64,000 bases of DNA, from contig CBDBGH010000003.1 of assembly GCA_965205265.1 (NCBI GenBank), positions 1,696,001 to 1,760,000 on the forward strand, read 5' to 3'. Below the pieces are notes generated by a model, which searched no databases, was not told the DNA's origin, and was given only the letters and a program-made list of their open reading frames with translations. The position numbers were made by a program, and so were the translations under genes. This stretch comes from Alphaproteobacteria bacterium. Lineage in GTDB: Bacteria; Pseudomonadota; Alphaproteobacteria; Bin95. Numbering within the stretch: position 1 is the first letter of the stretch; each line of letters begins with the position of its first letter. Shown here piece after piece: positions 30,629-40,392 of the stretch.

Positions 30629-31845
30629 ACATGCCGCGCGCCGCCGGGCGCCCCTTCATGGCCCTGCCCGGACCGACCAACATCCCGGAGCCGATCCTCC
30701 GGGCGATGGACCGGCCGACCGAGGACTTCAACAGCCCGGCCTTCGAGGCGCTGGCGGCCGGCTGCTACCGGGACCTGAAACGGATCTTCAAGACGGACGG
30801 CACCATCCTCTGCTGGGCGTCCTCCGGACACGGCGCCTGGGAGAGCACCATCGTCAACCTCTTCCGGCCGGGCGACGCTATCGTCATCCCGGAGACGGGC
30901 GCGTTTTCGACATGGTGGGCGGAGATGGCCGGGCTCTTCGGGGCCGAGGTCGTCACGCTGCCGGGCGACTGGCGCGGCGCCGCCGATCCGGACGCCGTCG
31001 AAGACGCGCTGCGGAAGGACACGGAACGGCGCATCAAGGCGGTCGGCGTCGTCCACAGCGAGACCTCGACCGGCGTGCTGAGCGATGTGGCAGCCATCCG
31101 GCGCGCGATGGACGCGGCCGGCCACGACGCACTGCTGATGGTCGATACCATCTCCTCGCTCGCCTCGATGGACTACCGCATGGACGAATGGCGCGTGGAT
31201 GTCACCGTCGGCGGCTCGCAGAAGGGGCTGATGCTGCCGACCGGGCTTGGAATCGTCGCCCTGAACGACCGGGCGCTCGCCATTGCCAGGGAAGGCGGCT
31301 CGCCGCGCCGCTACTGGAGCTGGCAGCGCATGCTGGACCAGGGCGGCGAGCTGCCGAAATTCCCCGGCACGGCGCCGACGCAGATTTTCTCCGGCATGCG
31401 GGTGGCCCTCGACCTCCTGTTCGAGGAGGGGCTCGACAATGTGTTCGCCCGCCACCGCCGGATGGCGGACCTTGTGCGGCTCGCCGTCGAGGAATGGGGC
31501 CTCGAACTGAATGCGCGCCGCCCGGAAGAGCGGTCGGATACGGTAACGGCCGTCCGCTGGCCCGAGGGCCACGACCCCAACGCCTTCCGCGACAGCCTGC
31601 GCGACCGCTTCAATGTCGCCGTCAGCCACGGCCTGCTCGACCTCGCCGGCAAGATCGTGCGCATCGGCCATCTGGGCGACCTGAACGAAACCATGATCCT
31701 CGGCCTGCTCGGCGCCATAGAGGCCAATCTTGCCATCGACGGCGTCCCCCACAGGCCGGGCGGCGTCCGGAAGGCCATCGAGCGCGTGGCGGCGGAGCGC
31801 GTCCTGGGCTCGCATGAGAGGATCATTCTTTCGGCGGAGGACTAG
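30625..31845 (+). CDS. Class V aminotransferase (serine-glyoxylate aminotransferase-like)
   Basis: PGPTN, VHSETSTGV, VDTISSL, GSQKGLMLP, RIGHLG. Confidence 0.9.
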   Translation: MNMPRAAGRPFMALPGPTNIPEPILRAMDRPTEDFNSPAFEALAAGCYRDLKRIFKTDGTILCWASSGHGAWESTIVNLFRPGDAIVIPETGAFSTWWAEMAGLFGAEVVTLPGDWRGAADPDAVEDALRKDTERRIKAVGVVHSETSTGVLSDVAAIRRAMDAAGHDALLMVDTISSLASMDYRMDEWRVDVTVGGSQKGLMLPTGLGIVALNDRALAIAREGGSPRRYWSWQRMLDQGGELPKFPGTAPTQIFSGMRVALDLLFEEGLDNVFARHRRMADLVRLAVEEWGLELNARRPEERSDTVTAVRWPEGHDPNAFRDSLRDRFNVAVSHGLLDLAGKIVRIGHLGDLNETMILGLLGAIEANLAIDGVPHRPGGVRKAIERVAAERVLGSHERIILSAED

Positions 31846-32029
31846 GAGGCCTTCCATGACGCGCTGCTCGCGCCTTCGGAACCGAACGCTGCGCTGAGGG
31901 AGGCTGTCCGCCGATATCGCGAGCGTTTCGGTGACTGAACCTCCGCTTGTTGCCGAGCCGCTCGGCCCCGTCGATGTGATTGGCCGCGCGTTCATTGCGG
32001 TATCCGACCGGTTTGAAACGGGCGGCGGC

Positions 32030-32480
32030 CCTTCGACAGGCTCCGCCGTCATGCCCGGACTTGTTCCACGGCTGTCCGGTTTAGATTTGGGGGACAGAGC
32101 GCATGGCTTGGATTCAAGCGGGTTTCCAAGGGTCTGGTCGAACCGGGACTCCGATCGACGCCCGGCGCGCCGCCCCTCTTCATCGTCATGCCCTCATATC
32201 GTCATGCCCGGACTTGTTCCGGGCATCCATGCGGCCGCCGCGATGGCCCCGACGGAGATGCCCGGAACAAGTCCGGGCATGACGGAGGAGGGCGTTCGGG
32301 CACAGCGCGCGGAGGCCGTTCGGACACGATGGAGGGAAGCGGACCGGAGACACCGCGCGCGCCCAAAAAACTCCGGACCGGCCCGGCCCAATGATGGAAC
32401 CGGACAGCAATGGAACAAGTCCGGGTATGACGATGTGAGGGCGGGCATGACGGCGGCGCCTGTCCTGAGCCTGCCGAAGG
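32030..32480. repeat. Nested palindromic REP/MITE composite
   Basis: Outer IR 32030-32043/32467-32480; 34-bp IR 32048-32081/32398-32431 (31 of 34 match); inner REP hairpin 32201-32283. Confidence 0.85.
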
Positions 32481-32581
32481 TACCCGGGGCGGGGCTCCGG
32501 GACCTCCCTCATCCCGGGTAGCCGCGAAGCGGCGTGTCGAAGGAGCTTGCCGAACGGACGGCAGGACAACCCGGACGGCCG

Positions 32582-33739
32582 CTACGTCATCCCCAGCCGC
32601 CCGCTCGCGATGCGGGCGCCTTCGGCCATGCTGCGGAGCTTGGCCCAGACCACGTCTTCCGGCACCCGGCCCATGCCGGCGGAGGTGTCGAAGCCGCAGT
32701 CCGTGCCGGCCTGGATGCGCGCCGGATCGCCGACGGCGCGAGCCGCGCGCTCAAGCCTTTCGGCGATGGTTTCCGGGTGCTCGACATAGTTGGTCGTGGT
32801 GTCGATCACGCCCGCGACCAGATACTGGTCCGGGGCCAGCGGCGTGCGGCGCAGCTCCTCGACCTCGTGCTGATGGCGGGGATTGGCGAAGGGCAGCACC
32901 AGCCCGCCGACATCGGCCTCGAGCAGGATCGGCAGCACGTCGCGAAGCTCGACATCCATGTCGTGCGGCCCTTCGTAGTTCCCCCAGCAGACATGCAGCC
33001 GCACCCGCTCGCGCGGCACATTGGCGAGCGCGCCGTTCAGCGTCTCGACCACAAGCTCCACCCAATCCCGGAAGGCGCGGAGCGGTTCGTCGGCGAACAG
33101 AAAATGGCGCTCCATCGCAAGGTCCGGCGCATCGATCTGCAACAGCCATCCGTTCTCCACAATTGCTTCGTATTCGACCCTGAGCGCCTCCGCGACATCG
33201 GCCAGATAGGCATTCCGGTCGGCATAGTGCCCGCTCTTCATGGCCGAGACCACGATGCCCGGCGAGGCCGCCGTCATGAAGGGCTGCCCGAAGCCGCCTC
33301 CCGCCCTTTCCAGCGCCAGGCGGAAGGTCTCGCACTCGTCTTCGAGCGGCCCCCGGTCCACATAGCGGACGGCGCCGAGGTTCATCGGCGGCTCCATGTT
33401 GGAGACCGCTTCGGCGCGCACGCGCAGGAAGGTCTCGTATTCGCGCACCAGCCCCGGATAGCGGAACACATCCCGGCGGCCGGGGCGCTTCCAGCTTCCG
33501 CCGAAGCCGCTCATGCGGTGCTGGACATAGAGGAAGAAGCCTTCCCGCTGCTGCTCGCCATTGTTACCGACGGTGACGCCCGCCTCGATCTGCCGGGCGA
33601 CAATGGCGTCGGTCGCCTTCCGTCCGGCCGCTGCCAGGGCGTCCGCGTCCACATGGCCGCCTTGCGCGCGGCGCGCATAGAGGCCGGTGAGTTCCAACGG
33701 CCGGGGCAGGCTGCCGGCATGCGTGGTGGGTATGCCCAT
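32582..33739 (-). CDS. Cobalamin-independent methionine synthase II-like (MetE C-terminal-type) protein
   Basis: [39 protein letters not shown]. Confidence 0.88.
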   Translation of the reverse strand: MGIPTTHAGSLPRPLELTGLYARRAQGGHVDADALAAAGRKATDAIVARQIEAGVTVGNNGEQQREGFFLYVQHRMSGFGGSWKRPGRRDVFRYPGLVREYETFLRVRAEAVSNMEPPMNLGAVRYVDRGPLEDECETFRLALERAGGGFGQPFMTAASPGIVVSAMKSGHYADRNAYLADVAEALRVEYEAIVENGWLLQIDAPDLAMERHFLFADEPLRAFRDWVELVVETLNGALANVPRERVRLHVCWGNYEGPHDMDVELRDVLPILLEADVGGLVLPFANPRHQHEVEELRRTPLAPDQYLVAGVIDTTTNYVEHPETIAERLERAARAVGDPARIQAGTDCGFDTSAGMGRVPEDVVWAKLRSMAEGARIASGRLGMT

Positions 33740-33966
33740 GGATTTCCGGCTCCGGTTTCGGCGGATCGGCAAGGCGCCATGCGCATTCTTCCCGAACGCG
33801 GCGGCGCAAGAAAGGTCCCCTGCCCGCCCGGCCGCCATCCCGGCCGGGCTTGCGCGGGGCGCGGCTTGGGCATACCGTTTTGCCGCCCGCAACCGGTTGC
33901 GGGCGGAATACGAACGGCAGAACTCTCGACAGGCCGGCATCTTCGATGCGGCCGGTGGTGGACCCC

Positions 33967-34386
33967 ATGACCGACATCCTCGACAGAGCGCCTCCCCGAA
34001 CCGAACTCAGCGACGCCGAATGGCGCAGCCGGCTCACGCCCGAGCAGTACAAGGTGACACGCCGGCACGGCACCGAACGCCCCTTCGCCAACGAGTACCA
34101 CGCCACCAAGACGCCCGGCACCTATCGCTGCATCTGTTGCGATATCCCGCTGTTCGAGAGCCACACCAAATTCGACAGCGGCACCGGCTGGCCGTCCTTC
34201 ACAGCGCCCGTCTCGGCCGAAGCCGTGGCGGAGAAGGTGGATCGAAGCTGGTTCATGACCCGCACGGAGGTGCTTTGCGCCGGATGCGACGCACATCTGG
34301 GCCACGTCTTTCCGGACGGGCCGCCGCCGACGGGGCTCCGCTACTGCATGAACTCCGCCTCCCTGCGCCTGGAGCCTGAAGAGTAA
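33967..34386 (+). CDS. msrB: Peptide-methionine (R)-S-oxide reductase
   Basis: [33 protein letters not shown]. Confidence 0.95.
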   Translation: MTDILDRAPPRTELSDAEWRSRLTPEQYKVTRRHGTERPFANEYHATKTPGTYRCICCDIPLFESHTKFDSGTGWPSFTAPVSAEAVAEKVDRSWFMTRTEVLCAGCDAHLGHVFPDGPPPTGLRYCMNSASLRLEPEE

Positions 34387-34430
34387 CCGCCTGCCCGACC
34401 CGACGACCGAACCCGAGGAAACGCGACCCC

Positions 34431-34751
34431 ATGCTCTACGAACTGCGCACCTACAACGCCGCGCCCGGCAAGATCGATGCGCTCAATGCGCGCTTCCGGG
34501 ACCACACATGCGGCCTCTTCGCCAAGCACGGCATCGGCGTCGCCGGCTTCTGGATCAACCGCGCGGACCCGAACCAGCTGATCTATATCTGCAGCTTCGA
34601 GGACGCGGCGCAGATGGAGAGCGCCTGGGCGTCCTTCCGCGACGATCCCGACTGGCAGAAGGCAAGGGCCGAGAGCGAGCGCGACGGCTCCCTCGTCAGC
34701 TCCATCGAAAGCGTGGTCATGGACCCGACCGACTACTCCCGGATGGCGTGA
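34431..34751 (+). CDS. NIPSNAP family protein
   Basis: YELRTY, WASFRDDPDW, PTDYS. Confidence 0.85.
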   Translation: MLYELRTYNAAPGKIDALNARFRDHTCGLFAKHGIGVAGFWINRADPNQLIYICSFEDAAQMESAWASFRDDPDWQKARAESERDGSLVSSIESVVMDPTDYSRMA

Positions 34752-34778
34752 ACGCCCGACCGCGGAGACAGCCCGGCA

Positions 34779-36257
34779 ATGGCAGGCGCGGCCAAGGACG
34801 CGGCCGAACATCTGGCGAGCCTTGACGACGGACGCGCCGTCTGGCTGGACGGCGCCCGCGTCGAGAACCCCGCCCGCCATCCCGCCTTCCGCAACGCCGT
34901 GCGCTCCGCCGCCGGGCTTTACGGCTACCAGGCCGATCCCGCCAATCTGGAGGCAATGACCTTCCCTTCCCCGACCGGCGGCCGGCGGGTCAACCGCGCC
35001 TGGCAGATGCCGGCCTCGCTGGAGGAGCTCGTGCGCCGCCGCGAGGCCCTGACCGCCTGGGCCGAATGCCATGCCGGCTTCATGGGCCGGGCGCCGGACC
35101 ATCTGGCGTCCGCGGTCACCGGGCAGATCATGGGGCTTGAGGTGTTCGAGGCGCACGACCCGGCCCGCGCGCGCGCCTTCCTCGACTATTTCGTCCATGC
35201 GCGCGACAACGACCTCTACCTCACCTATGTGATCGTCAACCCGCAGCTGGACCGCTCGAAGAGCACGGGCGAGCAGGGAAGCGACAGCCCGATGCTCCGC
35301 ATTGTGGACGAGGACCCGGAAGGGGTGACGGTGCGCGGCGGCAAGATGCTCGGCACCGCCGCGGTGCTCGCAAACGAGCTGTTCGTGGCCCACCTCCAGC
35401 CGCTGAAGCCGGACGAGGAGGACTACGCGATCAGCTTCGCGGTCCCGATGGCGGCGAAGGGACTCCGGCTGCTGGCGCGCAAATCCTATGAGGGCCGCGC
35501 GCTCTCCACCTTCGACGACCCGCTCGCCTCGCGCTTCGACGAGAATGACGGGCTGGTCTGGTTCGACGATGTGAAGGTCCCGTGGGAGCGGGTCTTCGTC
35601 CATCGCAGCCCCGCCATGTGCGCGCGCCAGTTCCACGCCACGCCCGGCCATATCTACCAGAACTACCAGGCGCAGATCCGCCTCGCGGTGAAATTCCGGT
35701 TCCTCGTCGGCCTCGCGCGCCGCATCTGCGAGACCATCGGCACGGCGAAGATGCCGCCGGTCGCCGAAACCCTCGGAATGCTGGCCGCGCAGGCGACGGC
35801 GGTCGAGACCATGCTCCACGGCATGGAGGCGAAAGGCCGCCAAAGGGGCCGCTATTTCGTGCCGGACGCACATTCCGTCTATGCCGCCCAGGCCTACTGC
35901 CAGGCGCTCTATCCGCGCATGGTCGAGCGCGTGCGCGGCCTGGCGGGTGGCGCGCTCATCATGCTGCCCTCCTCCGAGCGCGACCTCGCCGACCCCGAGC
36001 TTGCCGGCATCCTGCAAAGCGTCCAGCAATCCGCCGACGGCGCGCCGCCGGTCGAGCGCGTGCGGCTGATGAAGCTCGCCTGGGACGCGCTCGGCTCCGA
36101 ATTCGCGGGCCGACAGACGCAATACGAGATGTTCTATGCCGGCGCGCCCTTCGTCACGCGCGGGCACAGCTTCCGCACCTATGACTGGGAGGGGGCCGAA
36201 GCGCTGGTCGCGGCCGTCTCCGATTCCGCTGCCGAAACGAGGTCCGAACGGCCATGA
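34779..36257 (+). CDS. 4-hydroxyphenylacetate 3-hydroxylase family flavin monooxygenase (oxygenase component)
   Basis: GFMGRAPDH, RFDENDG, VPWERVF, LAWDALGSEFAGRQ..YE. Confidence 0.88.
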   Translation: MAGAAKDAAEHLASLDDGRAVWLDGARVENPARHPAFRNAVRSAAGLYGYQADPANLEAMTFPSPTGGRRVNRAWQMPASLEELVRRREALTAWAECHAGFMGRAPDHLASAVTGQIMGLEVFEAHDPARARAFLDYFVHARDNDLYLTYVIVNPQLDRSKSTGEQGSDSPMLRIVDEDPEGVTVRGGKMLGTAAVLANELFVAHLQPLKPDEEDYAISFAVPMAAKGLRLLARKSYEGRALSTFDDPLASRFDENDGLVWFDDVKVPWERVFVHRSPAMCARQFHATPGHIYQNYQAQIRLAVKFRFLVGLARRICETIGTAKMPPVAETLGMLAAQATAVETMLHGMEAKGRQRGRYFVPDAHSVYAAQAYCQALYPRMVERVRGLAGGALIMLPSSERDLADPELAGILQSVQQSADGAPPVERVRLMKLAWDALGSEFAGRQTQYEMFYAGAPFVTRGHSFRTYDWEGAEALVAAVSDSAAETRSERP

Positions 36258-37381
36258 AATTCAGTTTTTCCGAGGAGCAGACCGAGTTCCGGAACATGCT
36301 CCGCCGGTTCCTCAACGACCGCTCGCCGACGGCCGAAGTGCGCCGGGTCATGGAAACCGAGTCCGGCTACGATGCGGAGGTGTGGCGGGTGATGGCGGAG
36401 GAGCTGGGCGTCGCCGCAATCCATATCCCCGAGGCCTATGGCGGGGCCGGCTTCGGCGTCTCGGAGCTTGCCATCGCCGCCGAGGAAGCGGGCCGCGCGC
36501 TCCTGCCCTCGCCCTTTTTCGGATCGACCGTCATGGCCGCGACCGCCATTGCCGAGGCCGGGACCGACGCCCAGAAGCAGGCCCTCCTGCCCGGCATCGC
36601 CAGCGGCGCGACGATTGCCGCGCTCGCCGCCGCCGAACCCGGAACCGGCTGGAACGCCGACGCCTTCACGGCGGCCGCGCGCGCCGACAACGGCTCCTGG
36701 CGGCTTACCGGGCGCAAGAGCTATGTGCTGGACGGCATGGCCGCGGACCTTGTCGTGGCGGCGGCGCGGCTGCCGGAAGGCGGGCTCGGCCTGTTCAGCC
36801 TGCCGGCGGAGAGCGAGGGGCTTGCGCGCCGGCCGCTGCAATCCATGGACCCGACGCGCCGGCTCGCGCAGATGGACTTCGACGACGCCCCGGCGGAATT
36901 GCTCGGCGGGCCGGAGGCCGGCGGGCCCGCCTGGGCGCGGACGCTCGACATCGCCGCCGTCTGCCTCGCCGGCGAGATGGTCGGCGGCGCGGAGCGGCTG
37001 CGCGAGGACGCGCTCGAATATGTCTCCATGCGGATGCAGTTCGGCCGCTCCATCGCCTCCTTCCAGGTCACCAAGCACAAGGCGGCGGACATGTTGCTGG
37101 AGGTCGAGCTCGCCAAGGCCGCCGCCTACTATGCCGCCGCCGCGGCCGACGATGATGACGAGGTGGACCAGCCGCTTGCCGCGCTCGCCTCGCTCGCCAA
37201 GGCCGCCGCCTCCGACACCTACATGCAGACCGCCATCCACGCCGTGCAAATGCATGGCGGCATCGGCTTCACCCACGACAACGACACACAGCTCTGGTTC
37301 AAGCGCGCAAAGGCGAGCGAGGTCTTCCTCGGCAGCGCCGCCGACCACCGCGAACGCATGCTGCAGCACTGGAACGCCTGA
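36254..37381 (+). CDS. Acyl-CoA dehydrogenase (short partner subunit type)
   Basis: RMQFGRSIASFQVTKH, QMHGGIGFT; ATGA overlap with the upstream gene. Confidence 0.88.
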   Translation: MKFSFSEEQTEFRNMLRRFLNDRSPTAEVRRVMETESGYDAEVWRVMAEELGVAAIHIPEAYGGAGFGVSELAIAAEEAGRALLPSPFFGSTVMAATAIAEAGTDAQKQALLPGIASGATIAALAAAEPGTGWNADAFTAAARADNGSWRLTGRKSYVLDGMAADLVVAAARLPEGGLGLFSLPAESEGLARRPLQSMDPTRRLAQMDFDDAPAELLGGPEAGGPAWARTLDIAAVCLAGEMVGGAERLREDALEYVSMRMQFGRSIASFQVTKHKAADMLLEVELAKAAAYYAAAAADDDDEVDQPLAALASLAKAAASDTYMQTAIHAVQMHGGIGFTHDNDTQLWFKRAKASEVFLGSAADHRERMLQHWNA

Positions 37382-37382
37382 C

Positions 37383-38639
37383 ATGACCGACATGACCGAA
37401 GACGAAATCCGCGCCGAAGTCCGCGAATGGCTCCTGGAGAACTGGGACCCGGACCGGGGCCTTGTCGAGTGGCGCAACATGCTCATCGAGTCCGGCTGGG
37501 GCGTGCCGCACTGGCCGCATGAATGGCACGGGCGCGGCCTGCCCGTCGGCATGACGCCGGTAGTCGAGGAGGAGTTCGACAGGCTGGGCGCGGTCGGAGT
37601 CGCCAAGATGGGCATCCGCACGCTCGCCGCCGCCACGATCCTCGAACACGGCACCGACCTGCACAAAGAGCGCTTCCTGCGCGGCATCCTCACCGGCGAG
37701 GAAACCTGGTGCCAGCTCTTCAGCGAGCCCGGCAGCGGCTCGGACCTCGCCGGCGCCGTGACGCGCGCCGATTTCCGGGACGGGAAGTGGGTCATCAACG
37801 GCCAGAAGGTCTGGAACACCAGCGCCCACCACGCCGATTTCGGCCTGCTGCTGGCGCGCACGGACTGGGACGCGGTCAAGCATCAGGGCCTCAGCTATTT
37901 CCTGCTCGACATGCGCCAGCCGGGCGTCCAGGTCCACCAGCTCAGGCAGATGAACGGCCATGCCTCCTTCAACCAGGTCTTCTTCACCGACGCCGTGGTG
38001 GAGCCGGAATACCGGATCGGCGGGCTCGGCGAAGGCTGGAAGGTCGCGACGACCACGCTCATGCACGAGCGGCGGGGCGCGGACGGCGTGCGCCGCTACG
38101 CCACCGGCAGCGACCGGCCGGGGCGCATCTACGAGGAGGAGCGCGCCGAGGTCGCGACCGTCATGGCGCCCTATGTCTGGTATCCGCAGCGCACCGGCCG
38201 CGCCGACCTGCTGATCAAGCGCGCGAAGGCGGCGGGGCGCTGGGACGACCGGGCGGTAAGGCAGGAGGTCGCGAAGGCGCTGACGCTCGCCCGGACCGCG
38301 GAATGGACCGCGCGGCGCGCCCGCGAGGCGCAGCAGCTAGGGCTGCCGCAGGGGCCCGAGGGGTCCATCGGCAAGCTCGCCGCCAGCATCGTCGCCCGCG
38401 CCTGCGCGAAGGCCCACACCATGATCGCCGGCCCCGACGCCATGCTGACCGGCGAGGACGACGGCACGGACGGCGTGGTGGCCGAAATCCTGGTCTCGAC
38501 CCCGGCGATCTCGATTGCCGGCGGCACGGACGAGATCCAGCGCAACATCATCTCGGAGCGCATCCTCTCCATGCCAAAGGAGGCCCGCCACGACACCGAC
38601 CGCCCCTTCCGCGACGTGCCGCGGAACCAGGTCGGCTGA
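37383..38639 (+). CDS. Acyl-CoA dehydrogenase
   Basis: WCQLFSEPGSGSDLA, INGQKVWNT, TLMHER, IAGGTDEIQRNII. Confidence 0.9.
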   Translation: MTDMTEDEIRAEVREWLLENWDPDRGLVEWRNMLIESGWGVPHWPHEWHGRGLPVGMTPVVEEEFDRLGAVGVAKMGIRTLAAATILEHGTDLHKERFLRGILTGEETWCQLFSEPGSGSDLAGAVTRADFRDGKWVINGQKVWNTSAHHADFGLLLARTDWDAVKHQGLSYFLLDMRQPGVQVHQLRQMNGHASFNQVFFTDAVVEPEYRIGGLGEGWKVATTTLMHERRGADGVRRYATGSDRPGRIYEEERAEVATVMAPYVWYPQRTGRADLLIKRAKAAGRWDDRAVRQEVAKALTLARTAEWTARRAREAQQLGLPQGPEGSIGKLAASIVARACAKAHTMIAGPDAMLTGEDDGTDGVVAEILVSTPAISIAGGTDEIQRNIISERILSMPKEARHDTDRPFRDVPRNQVG

Positions 38640-38649
38640 CGCGCGGCTC

Positions 38650-40389
38650 TTATCCCGGCTGCCGCCTGCGCTCGCGGAGGCGCCGGGTCGCGTCGGCATC
38701 GACGGTCATCGTCGCCCGGTCGATGACGACGCCGTAGTCCTGCTCGGCGCTTTCGATCGACACATAGCCCTGCTCGACATCGGCGAGCACCCGTTCGGGC
38801 TCGCGCTCGAACGGGTCGCCATAGCCGCCCCCGCCGCTCAGCACGAACCGCACGCGGTCGCCGGGGGCGAGACGCCGATAGACCCCGTGGTCCACCGCCC
38901 CGCCGTTGTGCCAGAGGCCGCTGCCGCGCCCGTTCCGGCCGCCGAGGCGGCCGAACACCGGGAAGGGGCCGTCCTCGGTGCGGCCGCTGAGGCGCACCGA
39001 GCTCTCGACATCCCGGGCGCGCTCGCTGCCGCCGTCGAGGATGGCGAACTCGATCTCCTGGCCGAGCCCGCCCCGGTTGCGGCCCGGCCCTCCCGAATCC
39101 GCGAGAAGCTCCTTGCGGACATAGTACATCCGCGCCTCGTTCTCGGTCACCTCGACGGGAATGTTGCGGGTGTTGTTGGGGAAGCAGAGGCAGGCATAGC
39201 CGTCATGGCGGGCGCTCGCGCCGAAACCGCCGCTGTGCTGCGCGATGGCGAGGAACGACCGGCCGTCCGCGTGGCGGCCGTGGAGATAGACCTCGTTGGC
39301 CGGTGAGCCGCCGTTCGAGGCGAGTACGGTCTCCGGCATGACGGCCTCCATCGTCGCGAAGACGATCTCGGGAAAGAGGTGCGAGATCATCGTCCGGCCC
39401 CAGGTGGCGGCGGGCGGGCGCGAATTGACGACGGTGCCCTCCGGGGCAATCACCTCGATGGGCCTGAGCCCGCCTTCATTGTTCGGCACATCGGGGTCGA
39501 GCGCGAGCTTGATCGGGTAGGCGGTGTAGGAGCGGGTCATGTTGTAGGAGCAGTTGATCGCCGCCCCGACCTCGCCCGACGAGCCCGAGTAATCGACGGC
39601 GATCCCGTCGCCCGCCACCGTAACCTCGATCTTCACCACGACCTCGTCGTCGCAGCCCGGAACCTTCGGAAGCACCGCCACATTGCGGTAGGACCCGTCG
39701 GGCAGCGCCGCAATCCTGCGCCGGAGGCTCGACTCGGTGCGGTGGATGACCTCGGCCCCGAGCGCCTCCAGCCCGTCCAGCCGGTATTCCTCGAGCAGCG
39801 CCTTCAGGCCCCGCGCGCAGACATTGTTGGCGACGAGCTGCGCGCGGACATCGCCCAGCACCTTGTCCGGCACCCGGATATTGGCCCGCATGAAGTCGAA
39901 CACGGTCTCGTTCAGCCGCCCTTCGTCGAAGAGCTTGAGGATCGGGATTTTCAGCCCCTCCTCGTACATGTCCTTCGATTCGAGCGTGGACATCCGCCCG
40001 CCCATGTCGAGATGGTGGACGATGCACAGCGTGTAGCCCACGATCCGGCCGCGGTGAAAAATCGGGGCCGCGATCGAGATGTCGATGAGGTGGCCGCTCG
40101 CGATCCACGGGTCGTTGGTGATGATGGCGTCGCCGGGCCTGAGCGTCTCGGGAGGGTATTTCGCGATGAAATTGCGCAGCACTTCGGGAACGATGCCGAG
40201 GAACCCCGCCGTCGTGACCGTCGAGTGGGACAGCATCCGCGCGTCGGCGTCGAACAGCGCGCAGCAGAAGTCGTGATACTCCTTCACGGACGGGGTATAG
40301 GCGGTGCGCATCAGCCCGGTCGCCGCCTCATCCACGATGGTGATAAGGCGGTTCCAGAGAATCTGGATGGTGACGGGGTCGAGCTGCAT
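38650..40389 (-). CDS. Hydantoinase B/oxoprolinase subunit
   Basis: NDPWIASGHLID, HHLDMGG, PVEVTE, DSGGPGRNRGG, GGGGYGDP. Confidence 0.9.
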   Translation of the reverse strand: MQLDPVTIQILWNRLITIVDEAATGLMRTAYTPSVKEYHDFCCALFDADARMLSHSTVTTAGFLGIVPEVLRNFIAKYPPETLRPGDAIITNDPWIASGHLIDISIAAPIFHRGRIVGYTLCIVHHLDMGGRMSTLESKDMYEEGLKIPILKLFDEGRLNETVFDFMRANIRVPDKVLGDVRAQLVANNVCARGLKALLEEYRLDGLEALGAEVIHRTESSLRRRIAALPDGSYRNVAVLPKVPGCDDEVVVKIEVTVAGDGIAVDYSGSSGEVGAAINCSYNMTRSYTAYPIKLALDPDVPNNEGGLRPIEVIAPEGTVVNSRPPAATWGRTMISHLFPEIVFATMEAVMPETVLASNGGSPANEVYLHGRHADGRSFLAIAQHSGGFGASARHDGYACLCFPNNTRNIPVEVTENEARMYYVRKELLADSGGPGRNRGGLGQEIEFAILDGGSERARDVESSVRLSGRTEDGPFPVFGRLGGRNGRGSGLWHNGGAVDHGVYRRLAPGDRVRFVLSGGGGYGDPFEREPERVLADVEQGYVSIESAEQDYGVVIDRATMTVDADATRRLRERRRQPG

Positions 40390-40392
40390 CGG

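Noticed and set aside
32030-32480. CRISPR array
   Set aside because: Repeats are inverted and nested, not regularly spaced direct repeats; no cas genes in the window
31931-32569. ORFs with repeated VMPGLVPG peptides
   Set aside because: Translations of the REP palindromes, not proteins
33967-34386. Selenocysteine recoding in MsrB (also checked the rhodanese)
   Set aside because: Catalytic residues are ordinary Cys codons; no in-frame TGA
37381-37399. ACATGACCG tandem at the ACAD start resembling the CATGACA array
   Set aside because: Only two copies at a 9-bp period, explained by alternative Met-Thr starts
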